From positions 52,934-116,933 of the forward strand of contig CAWFPU010000006.1 in NCBI GenBank assembly GCA_963817845.1: 64,000 nt of DNA, in the 5' to 3' direction. Position numbers and translations under genes: made by a program. How positions within the stretch are numbered: position 1 is the first letter of the stretch; the number at the start of each line of letters is the position of its first letter. Under the pieces are notes generated by a model, which was not told where the DNA came from, did not search any database, and worked only from the letters and a program-made list of their open reading frames with translations. Shown here piece after piece: positions 42,145-52,100 of this stretch. The DNA comes from an uncultured Solirubrobacterales bacterium. Its GTDB lineage: Bacteria; Actinomycetota; Thermoleophilia; Solirubrobacterales; Solirubrobacteraceae.

Positions 42145-42244
42145 GGCGAGCGCCGTGAGCGATCCGACGCGGGCGTATGGTGGCGCCGGTGGAGCGCTCG
42201 TGAGGCAAACGCCGTGAGCGATCAGGCGCGGGCGCATGGCTCGG
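42127..42244. repeat. 59-bp tandem duplication spanning a stop codon and the next gene start
   Basis: CCGGTGGA[C/G]CGCTCGT[A/G]AGGC..GCCGTGAGCGATC..GGGCG.ATGG at 42127 and 42186. Confidence 0.85.
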
Positions 42245-43743
42245 ACGCGAGCGCCGATCCCCCGGCCGCCGTCTTGCCATCCGGGGGCGGCGGCGCGGGC
42301 GCGGGGGTCGGCGGAGGGACGGAGGCCGGCGCAGTGCAGGGGGGCGCAGGTACGGCGACCGGTGCGGGCGTGGGTGTCGGCGCAGGCGCGGGCGAGGGGG
42401 GCGAAGGTCGCGGCGCGCACATCTGGCTGGTCCGCTCGCTGCTCGCGCTCGCCACGCTGCTGAGCATCATCGGGATCTTCGCGGTGTGGGCCAACCGCCA
42501 GCTGCTCGACACGTCCTACTGGACCGAAACCAACACCAAGCTGCTCGAGAACCCCGCGATCCAGGAAGAGCTGTCGTCGTATCTGACCAACCAGATCTAC
42601 CAGAACGTCAACGTCGCCGGCGAAATCCGCGCGGGCCTGCCCAGCGAACTGAAGCCGCTGGCCGGGCCGGCGGCCGGCGGGCTGCGCAGCGTGATCGAAA
42701 AAGGGATCGTCCTGGCGCTCCAGCAGCCGCGCGTCCAGCAGCTGTGGAAGACCGCCAACCAGGTCACCCACAAGCAGTTCGTCAACCTGATCGAGAACAA
42801 GGGCCGGGTGATCCGCACCCCGGGCGGCGGCGCGGTGGTCCTCGACCTGCGCCCGATCGTCTCCGAACTCGCCACGCGCTTCGGGGCGCCGGCCTCGACG
42901 GCGGAAAAACTTCCCGCGAGCGTCGCCCAGATCAAGATCTTCAGCGCCAAGTCGCTCGAAACGATGCAGTCGGCAGTACGCCTGCTGCGCAGTCTCGCCG
43001 TGATCCTGCCGCTGCTCGTATTGGCGCTGTTCGCGGCGGCGCTCGCGCTGGCGCGCGGCCGGCGCAGCCGCACGCTCGTGAACGTCGGACTGGTGTGCGT
43101 CGGATCGGGACTGGTCACGCTGATCGCCCGCTCGATCATCGGCTCCAAGGTCGTCGACACCCTCGCCACCACCGAAGCGGTCCGTCCGGCCGCAAGCGCG
43201 GCCTGGTCGATCGGCACGAGCGTGCTCGTCAACGTCGCCGGCGCGCTCATCTTCATCGGCGTCGTGGTCGTGCTCGCCGGCCTGCTGGCCGGGCGCTCGC
43301 GCTGGGCCACCTCGACCCGCCGCTCGCTCGCGCCATACTTGCGCGATCGCGCCGACATCAGCTTCGGCGTGCTCGCCGTGGCGCTGCTGATCCTGTTCGC
43401 CTGGGGCCCGATCGACGCCACGCAAAAACTCACGGGCATCCTGCTGATCACCGTGCTCTCGTTCTTCGGCCTGGAGATGCTGCGCCGCCAGACCGCCGCC
43501 GAATTCCCGGAAGCCGTCTATGTCGGTGGACGCGACACGATGCGCCGCGGAATGACGAGCATGCGCGACGCCTTCGAGCGCGGGCGCGCCAGCCTGCACG
43601 CGGGATCAGAGCACGGCGGCCGGCACGGCGGCGGCGCGGCAGACCCGGTCGAGCGGCTCGAGCGCCTGGCCGCCCTGCATGCCCGCGGGGCGCTGACCGA
43701 CGAGGAGTACGCCCAGGCCAAGCGGGAGCTGCTCGGTGGCTGA
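42214..43743 (+). CDS. integral membrane protein with Gly-rich N-terminus and C-terminal SHOCT domain
   Basis: Several TM segments. The C-terminus RLERLAALHARGALTDEEYAQAKRELLG matches the SHOCT short C-terminal domain. Confidence 0.7.
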   Translation: MSDQARAHGSDASADPPAAVLPSGGGGAGAGVGGGTEAGAVQGGAGTATGAGVGVGAGAGEGGEGRGAHIWLVRSLLALATLLSIIGIFAVWANRQLLDTSYWTETNTKLLENPAIQEELSSYLTNQIYQNVNVAGEIRAGLPSELKPLAGPAAGGLRSVIEKGIVLALQQPRVQQLWKTANQVTHKQFVNLIENKGRVIRTPGGGAVVLDLRPIVSELATRFGAPASTAEKLPASVAQIKIFSAKSLETMQSAVRLLRSLAVILPLLVLALFAAALALARGRRSRTLVNVGLVCVGSGLVTLIARSIIGSKVVDTLATTEAVRPAASAAWSIGTSVLVNVAGALIFIGVVVVLAGLLAGRSRWATSTRRSLAPYLRDRADISFGVLAVALLILFAWGPIDATQKLTGILLITVLSFFGLEMLRRQTAAEFPEAVYVGGRDTMRRGMTSMRDAFERGRASLHAGSEHGGRHGGGAADPVERLERLAALHARGALTDEEYAQAKRELLGG

Positions 43744-43856
43744 AACGATCTCGGCGAGACGCCGTGGACCGGTCGCGGCGCGACGCGACCCACGCCGGGA
43801 ATGGTCGGCACGCCAGGCGGCCGCCGAGCACGATAGGGTCGCGGCCTGAAACTGCA

Positions 43857-44228
43857 ATGCAATGGTTCACGCTGCTCATCTGGCTATTGGTCGCGATGCT
43901 CGCGCTGCCGCTCGGCGGAGGTGTACTGCTAGGGCGCGCCGCACTCGCGGTGCAGGCCACGGCCGCCGTCGCCGGCCTGGCGCTGCTGGTCGTGTTCGTC
44001 GCGACCGACGAACCGGCGGCGCTGGCGTGGATCGCCTGCGGAGTCGCGCTGCTGGGGGCGCTGGCGATGGTGTTCGCGGTCGCCGGGCTCACCTCTGATC
44101 GCTCCGGAGCGGTCTCGGGAGCGCAGGCGCTCGAAGAGCACGCGGCCTCGCTCGCCGGAGCGCAACTGCCGCTGTTCATCGTGGTCGCGCTGCTGACGAT
44201 GCTGGTAGCGCTCGAAATCGGGACCTGA
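43857..44228 (+). CDS. hypothetical 4-TM membrane protein
   Basis: ATG 43857 in frame with ORF 42486..44228 (MQWFTLLIWLLVAMLALPLGG..). Its stop lies 2 nt before the next ATG. Confidence 0.5.
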   Translation: MQWFTLLIWLLVAMLALPLGGGVLLGRAALAVQATAAVAGLALLVVFVATDEPAALAWIACGVALLGALAMVFAVAGLTSDRSGAVSGAQALEEHAASLAGAQLPLFIVVALLTMLVALEIGT

Positions 44229-44229
44229 C

Positions 44230-45813
44230 ATGAGCGCCGCCCCAGCAGCGGCCGGCAGCAGCGCCGAGGACACCGCCTCGAGCACGCCCGCCCGGGCGGG
44301 GCTGGTCCTGACCGCGCTGATCCTCGTCGCCGCCGTCGCAAACCTCAACCTGTCGGTCGCCAACGTCGCGCTGCCGTCGATCGGCCGGCATTTCGACTCC
44401 GGCCAGACCACCCTCGATCTGATCGCCGTCGGCTACTCGCTCGGCCTCGCCTGCTCGGTTCTATGGCTGGGCGCGCTCGGAGACCGCTACGGGCGCAAGC
44501 TGATGCTCGTGGCCGGCACGACCCTGGCGATTCCGATGTCGCTGCTCGCGGCGCTTGCGCCCAGCGATGTCGTGCTGTTCATCGCCAGAGTCGGCGGCGG
44601 TCTCGCGGCCGGCATGGCCTACCCGACGACGCTGGCGCTGATCACGGCTCTGTGGTCGGGACCGGCGCGCACGAAAGCGATCGCGCTGTGGTCGGGCATC
44701 GGCGCCGCGGTCGCGGCGCTCGGACCGCTCTGCGCCGGCTTGCTGCTCCGCCATCACGAATGGGGCTCGGTGTTCCTGCTGACGCTTCCGCTCGCGGTGA
44801 TCGCGATCGTGATGGCCTGGCGGCTCGTGCCGGCGCACGTCAACGAGACGAGCGGCGCGGTCGACAACCTCGGCGGCATCCTCTCGGTCGTGCTGGTGGG
44901 CTCGCTGATCCTCGCGATCAACTTCGCGCCCGTTCCCAATCAGACGGCGCTGACGATCGCGCTCGCGATCGTCGCATTGCTCGCGCTCGTCCTGTTCTTC
45001 GTACGTCAACGGCGCGCCGCAAACCCGCTGTATGACCTGCACGTCGCGGCGCGCCCGCCGTTCTGGGTCGGCGCCTGCGCCGGGATCATCGTGTTCGGCT
45101 CGCTGATGGGCGCGATGTTCATCGGCCAGCAGTTCCTGCAGAACGTGCTCGAATACTCGACCGTCAACGCCGGCGCCGCGATCCTGCCCGCGGCCGTCTT
45201 CATGGTGCTGGTCGCGCCTCGCTCGGCGAAGATCATCGAGGCGTACGGGACGCGCGTCTCGGTCCTGATCGGCCAGGCGTTCGTGCTGCTCGGGTTCCTC
45301 GCGATGCTGCTGCTGTGGAAGGAGAACATCGCCTACTGGAAGGTCGGTCTCGGCTACGCGCTGATGGGCATCGGCGTCGGCCTCGCCGGTCCACCGACCT
45401 CGAACGTCTTGACCGGCTCGGTCCCGGTGCGCCGCGTGGGAATGGCCTCGGGCACCGCCGATCTGCAGCGCGACCTCGGCGGGGCGATCATGCAGTCGGT
45501 CTTCGGCGCCCTGCTGACCGCCGGCTACGCCACCGCTGCCGGCGTCGAGCTGGCCGGCAAGCACGCAACCACCAGCATCGAAAACGTGCTGACGAAGTCG
45601 TTCTCGAGCGCCGCCGACGCCGCCAAGCAATACCCGGCGCACTCCAGTGCGATCATCGCCGGCGCCAAGAGCGCCTTTTTGTCAGGCGACCAGTGGGCCT
45701 ACGCTGCCGGCATCATCGCGGTGCTGATCGGGTCGGCGCTCGTGTACGTCAAGTTCCCCAAGCACGAGGACGAGCTGCGTCTGCTCGCCGACTACAAGGC
45801 CAAAACCGGATAG
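44230..45813 (+). CDS. MFS transporter, 14-TM DHA2 family
   Basis: NLNLSVANVALPSI, LGALGDRYGRKLML, and about 14 TM segments. Confidence 0.9.
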   Translation: MSAAPAAAGSSAEDTASSTPARAGLVLTALILVAAVANLNLSVANVALPSIGRHFDSGQTTLDLIAVGYSLGLACSVLWLGALGDRYGRKLMLVAGTTLAIPMSLLAALAPSDVVLFIARVGGGLAAGMAYPTTLALITALWSGPARTKAIALWSGIGAAVAALGPLCAGLLLRHHEWGSVFLLTLPLAVIAIVMAWRLVPAHVNETSGAVDNLGGILSVVLVGSLILAINFAPVPNQTALTIALAIVALLALVLFFVRQRRAANPLYDLHVAARPPFWVGACAGIIVFGSLMGAMFIGQQFLQNVLEYSTVNAGAAILPAAVFMVLVAPRSAKIIEAYGTRVSVLIGQAFVLLGFLAMLLLWKENIAYWKVGLGYALMGIGVGLAGPPTSNVLTGSVPVRRVGMASGTADLQRDLGGAIMQSVFGALLTAGYATAAGVELAGKHATTSIENVLTKSFSSAADAAKQYPAHSSAIIAGAKSAFLSGDQWAYAAGIIAVLIGSALVYVKFPKHEDELRLLADYKAKTG

Positions 45814-45925
45814 CGGCGCGCGCGGCTGCCAGCGGTCCGCGCCGAGCAGCGTGGGGGGGCGGGTGTCGCCGCCGGCGGCGGCGGGTCGCCGAGGAACTGA
45901 GCCAGACCGGCGGCGGGTGCGGTCG

Positions 45926-47758
45926 CTAGCGGGGCACGGTCGCCGATGACCGAAGCGTCTGCCCTCCGGCGCCGATCGCCTGCACGGCGAAGTCCGCCGC
46001 CGTGCTCTGGATCGGGATCGCGGTCTCGAAGCCGGAGCGCGGCACCGTCGCCACCGGCGCGAGCTGCGCCGGGCTGGCGCCCGCCAGCACGCGCCAGCTG
46101 CTCACGTTGGTGGCGCCGTTCCAGCTTGCGTACACGCTGAGCGCGCTCGCGCTGCTCGCGCGCACAGCGATCGCCGGAGCTTCCGCGGGGGTCCCGGTCC
46201 ACGGATAGGTGTACGCCCGGTAGGACTCTCCCGGCAGCGAGATGTGCGCGTCGTAGATCATCTGGCCGGAGGGTGTGAATTCGCTGAAATACGGTTCGGC
46301 CCCCCAGCCGACGAACGAGTTGCCGCTGGACAGCACCTGGTCGTTGCCCTGGCTGCTGGTCAGCACCGCAGGGTGGTGCACGTCGCGGCCGACGAGCTCG
46401 ACGGTGTGATCGTGCCAGTCGACGCGCTCGCGAATCGCGCGCGACTGCGAGTGCTCCTTGGGTATGTCTCCGTCGTCGAACAGCGTCAGCGTGCCGTCGG
46501 AATGCCAGCGGATGTCGTGCTGCCAGGCCGTCCCGGTGCCGGGTCCCATCCGGAAGCTCGGGTGCCTGCCGCCCAGGCGCCAGAGGACCTCGCCGGTGTG
46601 CCCGTCGATCTCATAGCCCGCCCAGGTGTTCCGCGCGGAGATGATGAAGTTGCCGTCGCTCCACGGGTCGAGCGACACCGAATTGATGTGAAAGTAGTCC
46701 CAGGGGATCCCCGAGGACGGCGGCAGGGGAGAGTAGGAGTCGTCGAACGCCACATGTCCGTCGGCGTGCCACTCGAACATCACGAGCCCGGTCTTGACGT
46801 CAACCTCCTGCAGGACCGCGTCCTGCAGGGCCGCTTCGCGGGCGCCGCCGACCGAGGACAGGTCGGCCTTGACGAGCGTGTAGGCGGTGATGAAGGCCGA
46901 GCCCTGTGGCGTGATCTGAGCTTCGTGCAGGTCAGCCCAGTAGCCGTTGCCCGCCTTGATCGTGCCGATCGGCTTGTAGCTCGCGCTGTAGATCTCGTCC
47001 GTGCCGAAGCCCACGCCGAGGTCGGCGATGTAGCCCTGCCACCACACGAGCACCGGCTTGTGCTCGTAGGACTCGACCTGCAGGTCCATCGCGGTTTCGC
47101 CGGAGCGCACCGGCTTGAACCACACCAGCTGGCCGTCGCGGTTGAAGATCATCGGCCCCCACTGGCCGTAGCCGTGGTTGGCGGCGATGAAAACGTCGTC
47201 TTCGGAGGCCTGCGGCGAGCGGAGCGTCACGCTCACGCTCGGGGGCTCGAGCTTCGGCTGGGACACGAAGCTCTGCACGGTGCCCTTCTTTGCCGCCGGC
47301 GCAGGGCTCATCGGCGCGAAGTGGTAAGGCGCCAGGTGCGCCACCGTGAACGCGCTCGATGCCCGCTGCTCGTGCTTGGCGGGCCCGACCAGCGCCGTGA
47401 CCGTCACGTGCTCTCCTTCGGTGAACCGGCGGCTCGGCAGAAAGCTCGCGCCCGGCGCGCTCGCGTAGGCCTCGAGCCGACCGCTGTGCGCGCCGCTGCT
47501 CGAGCCCACCACGCTGACGTCGTGAATCTCGTTCGGGGCGATCCCCAGAAAGCTGATCTGGGTGTCAGGCGAGGCATCCGGCGTCCCCTCGAGCGGGGAG
47601 ATCGTCAGAGCGTGCGCCGCCGGTGCGCTGATGCAGGCCAGCAGCGATGCCGCGGCTGTCGCGAGCCAGGCTCGCCTGGTGCGCCGTGAGACGAAGCGGC
47701 TGCGCTGCAGTGCCGGCGCTGCCGTAGCGAGCCTGGCTCGCTCAGCCGGCCGTGACAC
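45926..47758 (-). CDS. arylsulfotransferase (ASST)-family secreted beta-propeller protein
   Basis: Signal peptide ..LLACISAPAAHA. WDYFHINSVSLD..NFIISARNTWAGYEIDGHTGEVLWRLGG is typical of ASST. Confidence 0.8.
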   Translation of the reverse strand: MSRPAERARLATAAPALQRSRFVSRRTRRAWLATAAASLLACISAPAAHALTISPLEGTPDASPDTQISFLGIAPNEIHDVSVVGSSSGAHSGRLEAYASAPGASFLPSRRFTEGEHVTVTALVGPAKHEQRASSAFTVAHLAPYHFAPMSPAPAAKKGTVQSFVSQPKLEPPSVSVTLRSPQASEDDVFIAANHGYGQWGPMIFNRDGQLVWFKPVRSGETAMDLQVESYEHKPVLVWWQGYIADLGVGFGTDEIYSASYKPIGTIKAGNGYWADLHEAQITPQGSAFITAYTLVKADLSSVGGAREAALQDAVLQEVDVKTGLVMFEWHADGHVAFDDSYSPLPPSSGIPWDYFHINSVSLDPWSDGNFIISARNTWAGYEIDGHTGEVLWRLGGRHPSFRMGPGTGTAWQHDIRWHSDGTLTLFDDGDIPKEHSQSRAIRERVDWHDHTVELVGRDVHHPAVLTSSQGNDQVLSSGNSFVGWGAEPYFSEFTPSGQMIYDAHISLPGESYRAYTYPWTGTPAEAPAIAVRASSASALSVYASWNGATNVSSWRVLAGASPAQLAPVATVPRSGFETAIPIQSTAADFAVQAIGAGGQTLRSSATVPR

Positions 47759-48989
47759 GGAGCAGCACGGTCGAATCGCTGGGCACGCTCGCCGAGATCG
47801 CTCCCGTGCTCGTGCTCGACGTATGGGTCCATAGGTTGCGCAGCGTGTAGCCCGATGCGTGCGCCATGCCGACTGCAGCGGCGCTCGTGGAGATCGTGAG
47901 CGTGCTCGTGCCCTCGTTGAGCAGCGCCACCGCGCGCGAGCCGTCGCTCAGCGGCTTGACCCACACCTGGCCGTCGCCACTCGTGGACAGCAGCCTCCCC
48001 TGGATGCCGGCGCGGTCCTGGTCGATCGCGATCACTTCGCGGTTCGACAGCGCATCCAGGCTGGCCTTGGAGATGGTCTGCAGGTTCGCGCTCACCATCA
48101 GCGGCGCCGCCAGCATCGCCCACATGCTGAACTGGGTCCTGAACTGGGCGTCGCTCATGCCCTGCCCAGGACCCAGATAGTCGGGGTCGTTCCAGTGCCC
48201 GGGTCCGGCCGCTTCGGGGTGGGTGGCGTCGGCGTCGATGTTGCGCAGCACTGAAGAGAACGGGACATATCCCGGCGAGCCGACGTCGGTGTCCGTGCGC
48301 CAGCTGTTGCCGACGCTCGGCCCGAACGTGTAGGACGAGAAGGCGGACCCGCCGAACGCCGGTTCACCCTGGTACTGGCCCGGTTCCAGGAAGTCACAGA
48401 TCGACAGCAGCAGCGGGCGGTGCGAGGCGTTGTGTGCGATCGCCTCGTGGAACGCCTTGTAGGCGCTCGCGGGATTGAGGTGCTGGCGCACCCCCCCGCA
48501 GAAGTCGACCTTGACCGCGTCGAATCCCCACGCGGCGAACGTGTTCACGTCCTGCTGGTAGTGGCCGTAGCTGCCCTCGGTCTTGCCGCCGCAGCCTTCG
48601 CGTCCCGCGTCGGTGTACAGGCCTACGCGCAGACCGGCCGCGTGCAGGGTGCTCGTCAGCCAGTTCATCCCGTGCGGCCACTGCGCCCGGTCCACCTCGA
48701 TCTGCCCGTGCGGCCCGCGCTGTCCCTGCCACCAGCCGACGTCGAGCCAGATCAGGTTGTAGCCGTCGCGCTCGAGCCCGCTCTGGATCAGCATGCTCGC
48801 CTGTTCGAGCACGGTCGCCTCGCTGTAGCGTGCGCCGAACGTGAAGTAGGTATCCCAGCCCATGTACGGGGTCGCTGCGAGCACGCTCGCGCTGCTCGGC
48901 TGCGCGACTGCGGTCGCGACCGGCCCGATCGCCAGCGCGAGCGCGCACGCGCACGCGCACGCTCCGAGAATGCGCCCGCCGAGGCTCAC
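47742..48989 (-). CDS. GH27 alpha-galactosidase (secreted)
   Basis: TPYMGWDTYFTFG, LIWLDVGWW, FDAVKVDFCGG and WRTDTD. GTG 48989 overlaps the upstream stop (GTGA), and the stop overlaps the ASST start by 17 nt. Confidence 0.85.
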   Translation of the reverse strand: MSLGGRILGACACACALALAIGPVATAVAQPSSASVLAATPYMGWDTYFTFGARYSEATVLEQASMLIQSGLERDGYNLIWLDVGWWQGQRGPHGQIEVDRAQWPHGMNWLTSTLHAAGLRVGLYTDAGREGCGGKTEGSYGHYQQDVNTFAAWGFDAVKVDFCGGVRQHLNPASAYKAFHEAIAHNASHRPLLLSICDFLEPGQYQGEPAFGGSAFSSYTFGPSVGNSWRTDTDVGSPGYVPFSSVLRNIDADATHPEAAGPGHWNDPDYLGPGQGMSDAQFRTQFSMWAMLAAPLMVSANLQTISKASLDALSNREVIAIDQDRAGIQGRLLSTSGDGQVWVKPLSDGSRAVALLNEGTSTLTISTSAAAVGMAHASGYTLRNLWTHTSSTSTGAISASVPSDSTVLLRVTAG

Positions 48990-51271
48990 CGTACTCGATC
49001 CCGCGAGCCGCGCCGCCGGGCTGCGTGGCCGCGCGTCGATACGCCGGTGCGCGCGCTCGACCCGGGTCGGCTGGCTGTCTTGCCGTGGGTCGCCCGCTCG
49101 CGCCTGGCCGCGTGACCGCCCGCGGGCGGGTCGCGCAGCGTCAGCACAAGGTTCGCCAGCGTCGCTTTGAGCTCGCCGATCACCGTCCCGGTAACCGACA
49201 CCGTCGCGGTCAGGCGATGCGCGCGAACCAGCAGCCTGCGGCCCGCGGCGCTCAGCGGGAGCGTCAGCGTGCGCCGTTCGCCCCGCTTGAGATGCGCCGT
49301 CGCGCCGGCGAGCGTCACCGTCACGGTGACGTGCCGCGCCTGCTTTCCCTTCCCGGAGGTCCGCGCCTGCCTGGTGGTGACGTGCACCGAGATCGCGCAA
49401 CCCGCGGGCGCCTGCGCGGAGCAGGTCAGGGGGATCGCGATCGCTGTCGCGCTCGCGCTCACCTTGCCCACGTTGGTCTCGCCGGTGGCTGCCAGCACGC
49501 CCATCGCGGGCACCGCCACGAACCCGCTCGACGCGGTCGCGCTGCCGGCGGCGTTGGTGGCGGTCACGCGGCACTGGAGATGGTGCTGGGCGTCTGCGCC
49601 GCTCACGACATACGTCGAGGACGTGGCACTCGCTACCACCGTCGCGTCGCGGATCCAGGCGTATGTCAGCGTCGCGCTGCCCGAGGTCCCAGGTTGGCAG
49701 TACAGGCGCACGCCGTTCGCCGGCACGCCGAGGATGTAAGGGCTCGGACGCACCACGCTCACGGCCGGCGCCGTCGTGAAGGTCCCGTCCGCGCCGGTAG
49801 CCTGCCCGCCGGCGTTGGCGGCCACGATCCGGAAGTGGTAGGTGCTCGCCGCCGACAGGGTGGAGACCCGCGCCTGCACGGTCTGCTGACCGCCGACTGC
49901 GGAAGGCTGCGAGCTGCACGCCGCGGTCAGGCCGTAGCCGGCGGTCGGGCCGTATTCGAACGTGCACTGGCCGAGGCCGAGCACGGCGTCCTGCGGGTTG
50001 ACCGTGCCCACGAGCGTCGCTTCGCTGGGCGTGATTTCGCTCGCGCTGCCGGTGATCGCGAGCGGTGCGGCGACGGTCGCGCGTACGAATGCGCCGGCGC
50101 CGTCGATCGCCATGCAGACGCCGTCCGGCACGCACGCGACGCTCGTGATCGCCATCCCCGGGTCGGCGCTCGATTCGCTCCAGGCCGGCAGTCCAGACGC
50201 CGGGTCGTCGCTCGCCAGCGCGCTGCCACCTTCATCGACCGACACACACAGGCCGGAGCTCGCGCAGGAGATACTGGTCGGCACGCTCATGAACGGCACC
50301 GGCGTCGAGCTCCAGGTCGGGGCCGATGCTTCCGGGTCGGGGCTCGCGAGCGCGTTGCCAGCGCCGTCAACCGCGACGCACAGCTGCGTCGAGGCGCACG
50401 ACACGGCGACCAGTTCGCCGATCGCGTCGATCGCTCTGGTCTTCCAGCTCGGGCTCGCGGCGCCGGGATCGGTGCTGGTGAGGACCCTGCCCGCGTCGTC
50501 AACCGCGACACACAGGGATTCGCTTGGGCATGACACGGCGCGCAGCTGGTGGCCGGCGTCGATGTCGGTCGCGGTCCATTCCGCGTCAGACGCGCCCGGA
50601 TCGATGCTGGCCAGAGCGCTGCCGGCCTGATCGACGGCAATGCACAGTTTCGCTGACGGACACGCGACGCCCGTCAGCGCCTGGCTGTCGATGCTCGTTC
50701 GGCGCCAGCCGCCGGCGCCGGCTTCAGGGTCGGTCGAGACGACCACGCCGCCGCTTTCGTCACCGGCCACGCACAAGCTGGCGGGGACGGCTGGGGCGCA
50801 CGCGAGCGCCGTGAGCGCATGCCCGGGATCGATCGCGTGGGGCGCCTGCCAGGTCGGGTTGGGAGATGCCGGTGGGCTGGTGGTGCGCAGCACCTGTCCG
50901 CCGCGATCGACCGCCACGCACAGGTTTTCCGAGGGACACGCGATCGCGCTCGGCGTCTGACCCGGATCGACCGAGACCGGTTTCGACCAGCTCAGCGGCG
51001 CGGCCGCCTGGGCGACCGCGGGCGCGAGTGCGCCGGCGGCCAGTATCAGGGCAGGGGCAACCGTGCGGAACGTGAGATTGCGGGCTCGCGCGGTTCCGGC
51101 GGCGGCCAATGCGGCGGCGATCTTGGTCGGTCGGAACCCGCGGTCGTGTGCTCGCGCTTGCGATCGACCGCGAGCCTGCGCCGCCGATCGATCGCTATCG
51201 GGACGCTCCTCGCTCGTGAGCTCGCACTTCAACTTGCGTTCCTCCTGGTCGCGGGCGGTGGCAGACGACAT
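48986..51271 (-). CDS. secreted protein: 7 Cys-pair (C-x5-C) Asp-box-like repeats + FN3-like + Ig-like domains + basic tail
   Basis: Signal peptide APALILAAGALAPAVAQA. Seven units such as AVSCPSESLCVAVDDAGRVLTSTDPGAASPSW. Then LVGTVNPQ..CTFEYGPT..YHFRIVAANAGG. Confidence 0.75.
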   Translation of the reverse strand: MSSATARDQEERKLKCELTSEERPDSDRSAAQARGRSQARAHDRGFRPTKIAAALAAAGTARARNLTFRTVAPALILAAGALAPAVAQAAAPLSWSKPVSVDPGQTPSAIACPSENLCVAVDRGGQVLRTTSPPASPNPTWQAPHAIDPGHALTALACAPAVPASLCVAGDESGGVVVSTDPEAGAGGWRRTSIDSQALTGVACPSAKLCIAVDQAGSALASIDPGASDAEWTATDIDAGHQLRAVSCPSESLCVAVDDAGRVLTSTDPGAASPSWKTRAIDAIGELVAVSCASTQLCVAVDGAGNALASPDPEASAPTWSSTPVPFMSVPTSISCASSGLCVSVDEGGSALASDDPASGLPAWSESSADPGMAITSVACVPDGVCMAIDGAGAFVRATVAAPLAITGSASEITPSEATLVGTVNPQDAVLGLGQCTFEYGPTAGYGLTAACSSQPSAVGGQQTVQARVSTLSAASTYHFRIVAANAGGQATGADGTFTTAPAVSVVRPSPYILGVPANGVRLYCQPGTSGSATLTYAWIRDATVVASATSSTYVVSGADAQHHLQCRVTATNAAGSATASSGFVAVPAMGVLAATGETNVGKVSASATAIAIPLTCSAQAPAGCAISVHVTTRQARTSGKGKQARHVTVTVTLAGATAHLKRGERRTLTLPLSAAGRRLLVRAHRLTATVSVTGTVIGELKATLANLVLTLRDPPAGGHAARRERATHGKTASRPGSSARTGVSTRGHAARRRGSRDRVR

Positions 51272-51385
51272 GCGCGCGCGTGCGCGCGGGCTGCATTGTT
51301 GCGGGCCATGTCCCGGAACGCGCTGACTGGCCCTGGGTTGCGGTCGATCAAACGTAAGCTTCGGCTATGACCGGTCGCCCGTCGC

Positions 51386-52084
51386 TCAGGCGCGTCCGCC
51401 GGCGAGCGAGAACTGGGGCAGCGAGACCGCGCCGTCAACCGCGATCGCCTGTCCGGTGATCTGCGCCGCCTCGGATCCGGCGAGAAACGCCACCGCGGCC
51501 GCGATCTCGGCCGGCTCCACCAGCCTTCCGGTCGGCAGTTGCTCCAGCAAGCGCTCGCGCAGCTGCGCCGGCATCGCCAGCACCTGCTCGGTCAACACCA
51601 GGCCGGGAAGGATCGCGTTGACGGTGATCCCGCGCGCCGCGTTCTCGCTGGCCAGGGTGCGCACCATTCCGAGCTGGCCCGCCTTCGACGCCGCGTAAGC
51701 GACCTGGCCGCGCAGGCCGCCGAGCGCCGCGACGCTCGAGATCACGATGACCCTGCCAGAGCGGCGCTCGCGCATCCCGCCGATGCAGGCCTGCACGGTA
51801 CGGAAGGCGCCGGTGAGGTTGACGTCGAGATCGCGCTGCCACTGCTCCGGCGTCATCTCGTGGCCCGGAGCGATCGTGGTGGTGATGCCGGCGTTGGCGA
51901 CGCACACGTCGATGTCGTCGAGCGCCGGGAAGGGGTCGCGGGCCACGTCGAGGCTGAGCGCGCAGTCGTCCGCGAGGTCGAGCGTCACCACGTCGAGACC
52001 GTCGGCCGCCAGGCGCTGCGCGATCGCGGCGCCGATCCCGCGCGCCGCGCCGGTGACCAGCGCCCGGCGCGCGCTCGCGGTCAC
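51386..52084 (-). CDS. short-chain dehydrogenase/reductase (FabG-like)
   Basis: ALVTGAARGIGAAIA, NAG, and S..YAASK catalytic motif (VAYAASKAG). GTG 52084 chosen inside ORF 51386..52417. Confidence 0.85.
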   Translation of the reverse strand: MTASARRALVTGAARGIGAAIAQRLAADGLDVVTLDLADDCALSLDVARDPFPALDDIDVCVANAGITTTIAPGHEMTPEQWQRDLDVNLTGAFRTVQACIGGMRERRSGRVIVISSVAALGGLRGQVAYAASKAGQLGMVRTLASENAARGITVNAILPGLVLTEQVLAMPAQLRERLLEQLPTGRLVEPAEIAAAVAFLAGSEAAQITGQAIAVDGAVSLPQFSLAGGRA

Positions 52085-52100
52085 AATCCAGTCCTGATCG

